Shown piece after piece: positions 46,401 through 58,819 of a stretch of DNA of 64,000 nt. How positions within the stretch are numbered: the first letter of the stretch is position 1; each line of letters starts with the position of its first letter. This stretch comes from Azolla caroliniana (taxonomy: Eukaryota > Plantae > Polypodiophyta). The position numbers and the translations under genes are program-made. The notes beneath the pieces were generated by a model that was not told the origin of the DNA, searched no databases, and saw only the letters and a program-made list of their open reading frames with translations. Location: assembly GCA_043228905.1 (NCBI GenBank), contig JBHGNT010000011.1:3596001-3660000 (forward strand). The letters run 5' to 3'.

Positions 46401-47963
46401 ATCGCGACATGGACAGTGCTATCGTGGAAGGAAGAGATGAGCCGGGAAGAACTATTAACGGTCCGGATACGACAACTAGAGGGAAGACCGGAAGACATAG
46501 CGGAAGCAATATGCCAACAACAAGAAGCGCGATTCCGGAATAAATTCCCTCCTTTTGTAGATAACTCATGAACTGGTTGGAGCAATACTCCTTCCAGCCA
46601 TCGGACCGTAGGCATTTGATCTTACGCCCTGTTTCCCGTTCTGCAAGGTTCTTTACCTTCATGAACCATGCGAAGACTTTGCTCTTCTTTGTGATCGTAC
46701 ATGCCCAGGTATGTTGAGTCAATTCATCGATGAAGGTTACAAAGTATCAGCTTCCACCAAGACTCACGTTCTGTGCCGGTCCCCACACATCCGAATGGAT
46801 CAAATCCAGCAGATTTCGATTTCGATTACGCTCATTGGGGAATGGAAGTTGGTGTTGCTTCCCTAATTGGCAGGCTTCGCAGACTTGGCCATTATGGCCC
46901 CGAAATTTCGGCAATCCGAAAACAATGTTCTTCATCTGCATTTCACAAAGTCGTGGGAAGTTAACGTGGCCGAACCTCTTGTTCCACAAGTCGATATCCG
47001 GTTCGACCTTCTATCCTTTCGCGAACAGAGCGGTTTCGGCTTGGTTGGTGTCAAGGATGAACACCTCCCTTCACGACGCCCTTGTAGCACTCGAGATGTG
47101 TGAATCAAACTTGCATCCCCTGGTCGACAATCTGACCGACCGACACCAGGTTCTTGGTTATTGTCGGAACATGCAACACGTTCATAAGTTTCCCTTTCTG
47201 CCCGGCGTGGCTGAGAGGAACTTCTCTGACATGTTCAATGGTATGCGGAGTGTCGTCTCCCGTTTCGACCACTCCTTGCTTTTCTAGTTTCTCCAAGTAT
47301 GAGAACCATTCCACATGACTCGTCATATGATTTGATGCTCCGGAATCAACATACCACACCTCACTCGATTTCGTCCTCCTCGACGTTCACGTTGACAGAG
47401 GCAAGAGAGTCACTGATCTCCTTGATTTCGGTCGTGTAATCGGCCAGAGATAGATCTTTCTGTCGGACATTGTTGAGCTCCTACCTGAGTTGCAACTTCC
47501 TGGCCATTGTGCTAGTGGTGAAAATCCCCTTGAGATTCGCCCACACGTCCTTTGGGGTCTTGGCATCCTGAATGTAGCTCAAGAGCTAGTCGCTCACACA
47601 GGACGCGAAGCAGTAAAGAACTCTACTTGCTACTTGTTCCCAAGCCAAAAAATCTCTGTGTGTCAATTCGGGTGCTGCATCATTAGCTCCTTCGACATAA
47701 CTCCAATAACCATGACCAAGCAGGTACTGGTGCATCTTGTATGACCAAGATGCGTAGTTGCTCTTGTCAAGCTTCTCAGTCGGTAGCGAGCTTCCCATTC
47801 CTCTATCCATATTGTTGTCTTTGTTGCAAACTTTTTCTGTCGGCTGTAGAGTCTCAATCCTCGCGCTCTGATACCATGTAAAAGAATACGTGTGTGGAAG
47901 CATATGAGAAAGACACGGTTCGGAAGTACAACAGTTCTGTAAAACACAAGAATCATAGCGAAG

Positions 47964-48014
<51 letters not shown>

Positions 48015-48789
48015 AGAGAGCAAAATGAGACTATATTCAAAATAATTCTCTGTGTATTCTCTGTACATACTTCGTGCTCATTGAGCACCTTTTATACAAG
48101 CCCTAACTATTGGGCTGACATAAGTACTTACAATACCTGACCGCTCATAAATGAGCATCCTACACTTACCCCCAAAATTATTCCTTAGGAGGAATAACAT
48201 TCTAACGTCCTCTCGGTTTACATACTGCTACGGCCATATTTTGCGTACGGTTTTACGCACCCAATGTTAAGCTTGTCTCTCAACAATATAGAAACTATTT
48301 TCTTGAGCCATAACTGTGTAACTATCTCTTACTCTTCTCTCTCTCTTTGTGTGTATACTTTCTTGAACAAGTGCACTACTTCACATCTTCATCATGTGCT
48401 TGCTTGCTAACTCCATAGCAAGATCCATACACTTCCACTGTGGTCGACAACTTCTACAACAGTCGACATAGACAGATACAATGTCAACACATTGTAGGAA
48501 TTCACTAAATTATTAATATTCTAATATCACAATTGATGGTACACATTTCATTTTGAATTTATTTGAGATCACAATTGGATAATCACCATAAAGGCCAAAC
48601 AACTTAGTAAATTACCCACAGCTTTTTACATAGCTAGTTCATTATGTCAAGGACAACTAATTGTTCCCATTCCAATGCTTTCACCCCAAAACCTTTGGAT
48701 ATGGAGGATCTAGCCACCTGAATACCTTAAGATATGAAAACATGTGTAACAGATCTACATATCTGTTGGAAAATGAAACATATGTTTTG

Positions 48790-49220
48790 TTAACCACCAT
48801 ATTCACACAATCTAATTCTAACCAAAGTAAAAGGGAATGTGTTTGTTAACCGTATGGTGGTTAACAGCCTTTTTAGAATCTAATTCTAATTAGCATAAAA
48901 GGGAATGTGTTTGGTAATCACATAAACCCTAATAACCATATTTCTAGAATTTGAATCTAATCATTATAAAATGGAATGTGTTTGGTACCATATAAACCCT
49001 AATAACCATATTTCAAGAATTTGAATCTAATCATTATAAAATGGAATGTGTTTGGTACCATATAAACCCTAATAACCATATTTCTAAGAGTTTAATTCTA
49101 ATCAGAGTACAAGGGAATGTGTTTGTTAACCACAAACATATTTCCAGAACCTGATTCTAATCAGAGTAAAAGGGCTTCATATAAACCCTAATATATATTA
49201 GCGGAATTTGATTCTAACTT
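48790..49220. repeat. about 70-bp minisatellite, roughly 6 degenerate units, containing AAACCCTAA
   Basis: ttgaatctaatcattataaaatggaatgtgtttggtaccatataaaccctaataaccatattt recurs at 48951 and 49021, with looser copies on both sides. Confidence 0.9.
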
Positions 49221-49336
49221 AGTTGTTAAATTGTGATCCTCACGACCTATGTGTACATATATGCCAAGGACTTAACCATTAAGCCATCTAATAGTCATAA
49301 CTATATTGTAACATAATATCATAGTGGGTAGAACCC

Positions 49337-50105
49337 TTGAACATTCTAGAAAATTCTACCATCATACATGTTCCTAGTCTCTTAGACAATAGTGCCAACT
49401 CTTGCATCATGGATCAAGATTTTCCTTTGACACACAAAATAACATTAGAAAAACCTCCTTGTCTAGCTTCAATGATCATAGTCATTGATGGTCAGCCAAT
49501 TGCTTTTGGCAATATATTAGAAGAGTTTGAACAAGTCCGAGCGGTCTTAGAAGAATTGGCATCTATGATATCCTTCAATATAATTAGTAGTCCTAAACAT
49601 CTCATTGTCCTTGGGTTTGCCTTGGTTTGAGCTGCATAATACAAAGATTAACTAGCAAAATATAGAAATTTGTAGTAGAAAACAAGTTAAGGCACAAGTT
49701 CAGCCCATAAATACCATGACTCGACCCTTGGCCACAAGATTGCAATTATTTTAGTGCAAGAGCGATAAGAATAAATGTTCTTATTTTTAGTAATAGGCAA
49801 CCTTTCTAATACTCTTGACAATATCCCTAAAAAGATCATTCCGAAGAAGTATTGAGGAATTTGCAAATGTTTTCAACAAGGTCAAACCTAGTACACTCCC
49901 ACAACATCAGCCTTATGATTGCCCCATTGATCTCCAACCAAGAAAAGAACCACTATGAGGACCAACTTACAAACTATCACCAATAGAGCTTGAAGATCTT
50001 TGACCATATATTGAGGCGAATCTAGCTAATGGCTTTATTCAATATTCAAGGTCTCTAGATGGTGCACCAGTTCCCTTTATGAAGAAAAAGGATGGTTCAA
50101 TCTCG
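49337..50105 (+). pseudogene. old Tcn1-like gypsy protease/RT fragment
   Basis: LLDNSANSCIMD, IDGQPI, IVLG, HQPYDCPIDLQ, NLANGFIQ, APVPFMKKKDGS with many stops. Confidence 0.8.
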
Positions 50106-50742
50106 TGAATAGAAATATTCCATTTGTACAAGAAAATCTAGATGCAATGTTATGAACTCAATGTTAGGTAGCTCCAATGGCAAGTGTTTTTATGTGTAAG
50201 GCTTATGTTCACAGGTGTACACCATGATTGGAACAAGGCTCTTGTGATGGGCACAATTGTGACATTCATGGTCATCATATTATTGCGATTGGCGATGTCA
50301 TGTCATTGCAATCGAGACAACAACTTATTAAGGGAAACGTGCTCATGGATGTGCTTTTTCACAAGATCGGAAGTGTCGGGTTATAGTGACCTGTCGACAT
50401 CACGTTTAAGCATGACCACAAGTGTCTTGTTACTGGCGACGTTATGTAAGTTAGTGTGAACAAGAGTGTCTTGTTACCAAGTTACTGGCAATGTCAAGTA
50501 ATTGTTGTTTTTTTTCTAGGGTGTAGTTAATTAACAAAATTAATTAATTAATTACGTGGCTATATGTATATTATGGAGAATTAACTAGAAGAATTTTTTA
50601 TTTTCTATTTTGTAAAAATATACATTAAAGAGTAAAATTATTAATTATTATTTTTTGTTAAGTTAATTGATCGATTTTTATTACTTACATATATGTCTAT
50701 AATGATGGGTGGTTTTATTTTAACCGAGCTGGCTTATTATTT

Positions 50743-52041
50743 TTAATTTATGAGATAATGGGTTTTATAATTAATATAATTAGGGGTAATCACCGAGCTA
50801 TAATTAGGGTTTTCCGTGTAATTAGAGGGATGATTAACGGTAACCGCTCTGTCATTGGCAGTGTGATTAGCGCCAATTACCGGTTCGTAATCACGCTCAT
50901 TCACATCAGTCGCACGGTCGTAATAATGATAGTAATTAGCAGCAAGATTAGAGTGGACCCATCGATAACCATCCTGCTGATTACGGTCATTGCTCTGCAG
51001 ATGCATCAATTGCGCATAACCGATCTCAGAATTGGCAGCCGAACCACCATCGCTGGCGCACGCAGAGCTACGATGATAGCCAGGAAGGTCAGAGCCATCG
51101 CCCATTTCTTCTTCTTCTTCTTCTTCTCCTTCATTGTCGTCGTCCTCTTCTTCGTTTGATTCTGCTTCGGCATTTGCTTTTTCTTCTGCTTTTGCGTTTG
51201 CGCTTGCTTCTGCTTCGGCTAGAACTTCTTCTGCTGCTTCTGCTTCTGCAGATTGATTGTTCACGAAGGCTGCAGACTGGAGGAGCTCGAGAGAGAGCCT
51301 GAGGGTCTGATCGGAGGGTCCGCATCCGGCGGCGATCATGTTGGTGATGATGTCGATGGGGGAGTGGCCTGCGTCGGATGGGATGGACGGCGATGCGTGA
51401 TGGTCGAGCAAGAGGCAGATCATGTCCGGGCTGCCCATCTCGCAGGCCAAATGGAGGGCCGTCCGGCCGCCATGCCCACCCCGGCCGTTGGTCGCGTTCA
51501 CATTGACCACGCCCATCTCCAGCAGACCTTTCACGACCTCCCGGCTACAGTGTGAAACCGCATAGTGTAGCGCCTCGGACGCGTCCAGGTCCAACCCTTC
51601 CCCCATCACCATCAACCTCACCAGCTCCATGTCCTGGCAGTCCAAAGCCTGCCTCATCTTCCTCACCCTCTGCTCCTCGTACTCATCTTGGCCGCCCATC
51701 CCCGTGTCCACACTTGTCCTTGTCCCTTGCTCGAGCCCGTCCGTCCGGTTGTCGCCCACCACGTAGCCCCCCCTCGTTATCATCATCGGCGTGCTCCCCC
51801 CGACCCCGTGCACTAGCTCTGCGACCATCCTCGTACTCCTCATGTCTTCGATCTCCGTCACCACATCCCCCGGTAGATGCTTCCTTAACATTTCGGCCTT
51901 CAGACCCGACCTCGCCACAAGCTCCGAACATTTCTCCCAAAGCTCATTGGGGATCCCTGCCCTTTGCATCTTCTTTGATGCCACCAACACTCTCATCACA
52001 TCATCTATGGACATCTTCTCCACTATCTCGACTAGGTGCCT
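50743..52041 (-). CDS. BOP: BLADE-ON-PETIOLE-like gene, exon 2: BACK-like region, ankyrin repeats, long low-complexity tail
   Basis: Acceptor TAG/AGG; VEKMSIDDVMRVL, ALDCQDMELVRLMVMGEGLDLD, ALHYAVSHCSREVVK, LLDHHA, LRLSLELLQSAA. The spliced product is about 626 aa with no internal stop. Confidence 0.92.
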   Translation of the reverse strand, partial: RHLVEIVEKMSIDDVMRVLVASKKMQRAGIPNELWEKCSELVARSGLKAEMLRKHLPGDVVTEIEDMRSTRMVAELVHGVGGSTPMMITRGGYVVGDNRTDGLEQGTRTSVDTGMGGQDEYEEQRVRKMRQALDCQDMELVRLMVMGEGLDLDASEALHYAVSHCSREVVKGLLEMGVVNVNATNGRGGHGGRTALHLACEMGSPDMICLLLDHHASPSIPSDAGHSPIDIITNMIAAGCGPSDQTLRLSLELLQSAAFVNNQSAEAEAAEEVLAEAEASANAKAEEKANAEAESNEEEDDDNEGEEEEEEEMGDGSDLPGYHRSSACASDGGSAANSEIGYAQLMHLQSNDRNQQDGYRWVHSNLAANYYHYYDRATDVNERDYEPVIGANHTANDRAVTVNHPSNYTENPNYSSVITPNYINYKTHYLIN

Positions 52042-53028
52042 CTATCATTAACATCGAAACAAGAAATTATGTGCGCATTCGCAAAATAAGATATATACCA
52101 AATAAATTTTAGTACCACTCAATATGCAAAGATGGAGTGTTACACACATACACGTCATTATATATTATTGATGAACTTCACGGGTAGGTTAGGCCCATTC
52201 GCCATAGATTGATCACAATGTGTATAATGAGCTCGACATAGCCATCCCTTGAAGGAGTATGGGGCCAAAACAATCTAACTAGGTCTAGAGTCCAAATAAT
52301 TCCAATCTACAGGGTGTACCGTGTAATGATGGTCATCCAAGAAGGTATGGTGTGGAGACCAGAAAATTCTAGATTATGGCTACTCATGCAATGGACTCCT
52401 AGATATAAAACAATATATGAAGACAAAGAAAGCAATACTATTACAAATAACTTTAGATATCTTGTTATCTCCCAAAAGTTAGTCTTCAAAAAATAATATA
52501 TTTTAACAATAAACTTTTAGGACCTCGTCTAAGTTTAGGTTTTACAGTACTTGTCAAGCAACTAGGCTTCACAAAACATATTTTTCCATCATAAACTGTA
52601 GACTTGACAAGGCAGCAAGTAGGCGGCTTCTCAAAGCAATGGAGAGAGCTGGGGGGGTACCAACACAAAACCAATAATTGAAATTATAAAAATGATAGAT
52701 TTAATATGAGGCAAGTGTCGGGCGATTTTTTTCGTTAGAATACCCTAAATTCAGGCTAATTTTCATTGGATTGTTTCCCTAGATGTTGAGCAAGTTAATA
52801 CATGATTTTGCCTCACCTCAAGAAGCTTGTAATGTAAGAATACTCAAATTCATGATGTGGGAAATACATGTTTTAAGACCTTGCTCTTATCATAATGATA
52901 ATAATGCTCCATATTGATTAATTATTACAAATATAAGTTAGCAACTCAATGATCCTTGACATGGATTCTTGAATAACTCAAATTGTCATAAATGAGTGAC
53001 ATTTAGTATGGAAAACAAATAAGTTTAC

Positions 53029-53610
53029 CTGAATCAATAATGAAAGTTGCTCCATTCCAAATAAATTGGCAGCATGTAAGGTGTCCAGTGCTAGCTCAAC
53101 TAATGAAGAACAATATAAGTGCCAACATCCTTTCTCGAAGCAACTAGTACGAACATTATTGACCTTCTCATCATGAGATTGCATATTATAGCTAAGAATA
53201 ACTTGCCCACTATAGAGGAATTTGAGCAATATCACAAACACATCATAGCTAACAATCTCCACCGGTATTTGTAAGTGTGGGTTCACATTGTTCGGCCGAA
53301 CATCCACCATCGTAGAGCCAATGTTTAAGCTTGATTGGTCTATAGCCGAGTACTTGTAGAATAGGGTCTTGAAGTAGTTGCTTCTTGAAGATAGAATGCA
53401 CCTATGCGCTTTCACTTGTTTTCCTTCTATGATGAATACAATATCAGAAAAAGGGTCTCCATTTGAGAAGAGGTTCATATAATCATGAGATAAGGTTTTG
53501 AGTGGATCATCATCCTCACCATCATCTGCACATTTATACAAATTATTACAATTGGTATTAATAGGGCTGGATGTTGTGTGGATGTATAAGCCTTGGTCAA
53601 GCTGCAACAT
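53029..53610 (-). CDS. BOP: BLADE-ON-PETIOLE-like (NPR family) gene, exon 1: BTB/POZ domain
   Basis: LKTLSHDYMNL..FSDIVF..EG..HRCILSSRS..FLYSGQV..GCWH..LALDTL..FGMEQL matches BOP1/2 as recalled. First ATG at 53610 (start inferred); donor CAG/GTAAAC, phase 0. Confidence 0.9.
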
Positions 53611-55111
53611 GTTGTAATTTTGAATCAATTAGGGAGAAGTAATAAAAAAAAACCCCTAAGAATTTGCAACTTATTGTAACTACAACTAATGGTCTACCTC
53701 TGCTTATAAATTGATTGTTGAATCATATTATGGATCTTAAATTCTTATAGAATGGCAAAGGAGAGGTAGAGACAGAAACACACATAGAAACATGTTTTAT
53801 ACTAGCTAAATGGGATGAATATTATAAGGTGTAACTTGGCTCTATATGAGAGGGGGTCTTTAAGAGGGGTACAATTGTAGATAATCTCAACCATGCAACA
53901 AGAATAGGCAAAGCACTCTATACATTGGCAATGCAAGAAACCAAAATAATGAGGTAAAAGGTCAAGAAAAGTTTTCAAGAGAATAGATCGCAAGTCTCTT
54001 TTTTGACATCCATGCTTTTCTTACTACAGTCCTAGACTACCTTTCTCCTAGGCTACCATTATTGATAACTTTACTAATGCTAGCTATATCACCTCTATTC
54101 AACCCTCAAAATGACCTTACATTTATCGAAAAAACTTGTACAATATTTCTCATGTAGTTATAAGTTACTTCCCAACCCCCTTCCACATGCACACACACAC
54201 ACATTTATTGGACCGTGAACTCTCCCATGTGAATGAAACAAATTGTATGCTTGTTTTCTTCCATCATTGAGCCAATTAGTACTTGCTACATTTAGTTGTG
54301 GATTAGTCATAATTTTTTCTTCAATTAGTAGCAATAATTCCTAATGAAGATCTTTATAAGTGTATAGCTTGATATGAATAAGGCCCTCTTGAAATATTGG
54401 TATGCGTGTTTTAATATGAGCCAGTTTATATCAAAAAGTTATGAAGGACGAAACAAACTAGGTCTATGAAAAGGCACATACACAATCATTTTGAAAAGTC
54501 GGTTTCCTATATGTTTAGCAAGTGGAAAAATACATTAGACCTCCTATTTTTGTTAGGCTTGTAAAGTTATATAGCATACGTGGAGTCCACATATCACTGT
54601 ATGCAGAGTCCACCTTCATGTGTGTTTTGTTAGAGATATATGTCCTTACTTTACAAATGCACTTCTCCATACCATGAGTTCCTCCAACTTTAAATCTATA
54701 TATCCACCACCACATTGGTTTGTTAAATCATATCCACTCTATACATTCTTTAATAAGGTCCTTTCACATTAGGCAAACAAAACAAAAACAGAGAATTATA
54801 TGATTGCTCGTATCGTATTTTCACCCTTGCGTTGGTTTCATTGTTGCCTTTCGTATCTATGTTCATTAGAGAACTTGAAATTTCCAACCTCTCATGATAT
54901 TTTTGAATTAAGTAGAAATCAAAACATGCACATTTTTAAGAAATTACCATGTCAATAATTTGAATCTTGCCTTTCAAGTACATGAGTCGTTGGCTTCATG
55001 TGAGCGAACTTCCACATGTACGTCATTAGTTATGCGAAGTTAATATAGAGACGCAACCCTTTTGATCTACTAGTAGGACAATAATACCGTAAAGAAAAAG
55101 AGAGAGAAACC

Positions 55112-55178
55112 AAATATAGCGTAGTTGGTAAAGTTGTTACGCGGAGACGAAAAAGTTAGGCATTCAACTCTTACACTT
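55112..55178 (+). ncRNA. decayed tRNA-like module collinear with the one at 32203
   Basis: Shares tagcgtagttggta, gttg, ggagac and ttcaa at identical offsets without gaps. Confidence 0.55.
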
Positions 55179-56059
55179 TGGTACCATTGACTGAATGAGT
55201 GCTAGCTAGTATGGGATTTGAACATGACTGCTAGACATATGGCTTACTGCTAATGTATGACTCTGATATAAAAGTGGGTTTTTGCTAAAGCTATCACCTA
55301 CCGCTAAGTTACACTCCAATACTTTAGGTGGTTGAGTGAATGATTGATTATATATCTCATGTAAATCTTAGTTTAAACTTATGCTCTTTATTATAGCCTG
55401 GCCATAAATAAACAACACACTCTTATCTATTGCAAGGCTTATGGACCTCCGTTTATATATTACTATACTTTTACATACTTACCACTAGGTTACAACTACT
55501 TGAGTGAGTGATTAACCTTTATACCTCACGTGTTTAAGGCCTAGTTAAAGACACCATGAATTTGAACATACATTTTCTCATAACAAGATGCAAACACCCT
55601 TTTGTATACCATTATCCTTACACATTTAAAGTATGTGTAATGAGGATTTCACGAAATGCCTCACGCGGAACTGACATGGCAGGTTCGTGAAACTCATGCT
55701 CCCCAACCCTCAGGCATTTTAAAATGTAGCATCATGTGAGAGGCAATGATATGGACACATCAAAGTCGGTGGTCTACATGATTTTTGTGAAGCTCAACTT
55801 TATTAATTGGGGTTTTGTGGTTCTTAACATATTATGGGGTTGTACTAAAAGTTAATTGTAAATGTCTCAACATTAGTTTTGTTAATGCGGGTTGCACAAT
55901 TTGTTCTGGCGGGGAGGCCCAATAAAGTTATGGCAATACTTGCTTGTTAATGCCTCTAAGTTGTAAACAAGCTTGAAATAGAAGAACTATTATTAGGAGA
56001 TTGGGGGAAGTTGAGGTTTCTCTTCAAAAATTTCAACTTGTTCATATGCATTGAAATAT

Positions 56060-56123
56060 GATGGTCTAGTCTTAAATTACCTTTTGATTCATAATCTTAA
56101 TGTTGCGGGTTCAAGTCTAACCA
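56060..56123 (+). pseudogene. tRNA-Met-like decayed fragment
   Basis: tggtctagt ... ttcataatc ... gcgggttcaagtc resembles a CAT-anticodon tRNA 3' half; poor cloverleaf. Confidence 0.4.
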
Positions 56124-58254
56124 ATGTGTTTACACTACATTCATCCATGTGAAAAACTCCATTTTTTTCAATTTGAGATCATGTTCACTTAGAATTTATT
56201 GTGGGTTTTCTAATGAGAAATTGATTTACACAATCCCTTTCCAAAGTCCTTTCTGGAGAAAAACTTTCATCTTCTAAGTTTGATATAATGTTTGTTAGCA
56301 ATTCATTTACAATTTTATCAACTTTCTAAATCCTCTTTATGCAACCCAAGGGTCAAAAACAATTATAAAGCAATGTACTAGCAATTCACTAACACCTTTA
56401 TACGAAGAAAGTGGCTTTTCAAACTGCTTTCGATAGCCCAATTGTCAAAAGTGACTAAACTATTACTTCTATTTATTGCTTTGAGAATTTTTTTGTAATA
56501 TATTTATGTTTTCATTCCATTGGAGAATATGAATAACATTGTATGCATTTTTGCATATTCATTCCAAGCATAGTAACAATTAATTTGCTACTGAATATCT
56601 TGGCCAAGTTGAAGTATACATCTCTCTCTTTCGCCAAACTCCTCTTTTTTTCCTCCATTTTATATATCAGGTCTTAGGGTAAGGAGGTCGCGGTATGTAT
56701 ATATATATACATAATCCAATACATTGTGTACATTTGTGGCTTATCTAAAAGTTATTATTTATAAACTTTTCATAGATACACAACCATTCCATACCGAATC
56801 ATCGAAGAGCCGCTTTAGTAGAGTACTATTATTTGTGTCAAAGGGCATTGGATGGTAACTTATTGTGTTGCAAAGCACACCTTTCCACTTTAAAATTAGT
56901 ACATCAACTTCAAAATTGTACCTTATGTACATAATGACCCAACTAAAATAAAGATTTGAATTACTCCCTTCAATCAAACCCACGTGTGATGCCTTGCATT
57001 TATAGTGGTATTCCTCGACGGGTTCCAGATGCTAGCATGTTGAGGCGAAATATACACAGTAAGGTAGATTTCTACTTTCTCATAGAAGAAGAAATCATAT
57101 AGAACAACAACATTGTAACTCCACATTTTTTAGGTCATCATTTTATGTGTTTAATTTTATTTTAAAACCTTCATTACTATGACAACTTCAAAATCGCATA
57201 TGAAATTTACCTCAAACTTCATGCATGTACCTCATTTCACACTTTAACTCGAAAAGGACATATTATCAAGTACAAAAGCTATTTTCATACTATTAAATTG
57301 AGAATTGAGACCAAAAATAAATAAACATTGGTAAGGAATAAATATAACCACGACTTAACTATTCCATGTGCAATCCAAAATAAGTAAGAAGTTGAACCAC
57401 TGGAGCAAACCTACAAGAAGCTGCCATTTGTTGGTAGGGTGCTTGTTGCGAACCAAGTGTTGCTTGCAACCATGAGGGGTATGGTCTCATGTTGGATCAT
57501 TGGCCTTGCTAGTCTGCCCCCACAATTAAGGTTGCCAACAGGGGGTTTATGTGGTTAGTTAAGGACAAACCAATGATGGCTGCCAGAGTTTCATGGTATT
57601 AGTTAATGCAATCGCGGGTGAAGGAAGGACTCAACCTCATCGACCCCTTAACACAGAGCTGAGCACTACTGGTGAAGTTGGTGGTTTGGTACCTCTTGCC
57701 AGGTATGGAGTGTTGGAAGGTACTCTTCAAGCAGGGACTCCTAGGTATAGTAAGCCTTGGCACAATTCCTTCAATTGGTGTTGCGCAAATAGAATCCCAC
57801 CCAAGATGGCATGTCATTCGGAGGGTAGGGTGACAAACTCCATCTTGTGGGAGTGGTGTCACATGCGACAACATTTGGTTAGGCACATCCTAGAGACAAT
57901 AATCAAATGGACTCGGAAGCCATTATTTTGGAATCCACATGTGTGAACAAATGACGACATGATGATAGGGTAACTCAAGGGTCTGGCATGGGGAAAGTTG
58001 GCGTAGAAAGGGTTGCATTCTATAGGTGATTGGAGATGCACGGTGATAACAAGAGTGGCGGATGAGGACCCAGGCCCTCCCCTCAAGGGAGCTAACAAAA
58101 GCAGGAGATTGATAGTGGAGATCATTGACAGGGTTCCATTGGGGGATGTGAGAGGATATAGGTGGCTTGATCTCTTCGATGAGGTTGGAGTGATTAATCT
58201 GTTGAATGGCATGATTGCATCTTGACGAGCTCCATTATTTGGGGAGAGCCAAAG

Positions 58255-58819
58255 TGTGAGGATACTACCGGCCACAACCAATTGATACACGTATGTACGC
58301 GGGTGCAAAGATTGAAATGACAGAAAACAGAAAAATTAAGGCATAGGGACACAAGTATTTTACATGGAAAACCCCTGAAGTTAAAAACCACGGGAGTCCA
58401 CATAATCAGAACTATCACTATGGTAGGAGGAATACACAGGAGACTCTAAGGCAACAACCTTAAGCTCCTCTTCATTAGACGATGGTTACAACAGAGTTAC
58501 AACACTCACATACTCTCTCTCCTACTCACTAGTTACACTCTCTCTAAGGATACACTCGTCACAATAACAACAACCACTATGTATATCTATATAATGATTT
58601 GCTCTAAGTGTATTTATACTCATACACAATATGGACTATTTACAGATATAGCCTAGAGTTGGCTATTAGCCAAATCGATTATTATTTGATTTTTGGCCTT
58701 GACCGAATTGAGAATTGGTCGATTTTTCGGCCTTGGTCGAATTACTATCAATCGATTCAACTTACTCTTCTCTCCAACACACGCTCTCCTTCCCATCCGG
58801 AGGGACCTACTTCCTAACA
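58255..58819 (-). mobile_element. diverged solo LTR of the A/C copia lineage (left edge approximate)
   Basis: Minus strand starts tgttaggaagtaggtccctccggatggga, like C; contains the ggactcccgtggttttt..gggttttccatgtaa block; TSD only 3/5 (CAAAG/TAGAG). Confidence 0.75.

Larger units (their letters stand above)
40620..46544 (+). mobile_element. Ty3/gypsy element K (non-chromovirus, Phygy-like), 3'-truncated
   Basis: 5' LTR 40620-41352 (TGTCGT..ACGACA); PBS tggtgaaccccacgtga; gag CIWCDSTEHDRRDC, protease LIDHGSEIN, RT (DLYSGYDQ, LPQGATNS, FLDD), RNase H, integrase (YNPEANG). Confidence 0.92.
32473..48285 (-). mobile_element. Ty1/copia element L (same lineage as F) hosting J and K
   Basis: LTRs 47877-48285 (5') and 32473-32838 (3'); perfect TSD ATATA; Met PBS (gctctgatacca on +, ending 47876); gag MGSSLPTEKLD, WYVDSGAS, IHSDVWGP, RT and RNase H on the minus strand. 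Confidence 0.94.

Noticed and set aside
32266-48444. Shared 13-mer cttccactgtggt at about 32266 and 48432
   Set aside because: No extended homology; treated as coincidence.
48790-49220. Possible CRISPR-like array
   Set aside because: The whole unit repeats, there are no unique spacers or cas genes, and the context is eukaryotic.
50743-53610. NPR1 salicylic-acid receptor; miR534 target site
   Set aside because: The motifs and single intron are BOP-type and the NPR1 C-terminal domain is absent. No convincing miR534 complement was found by eye (needs psRNATarget).
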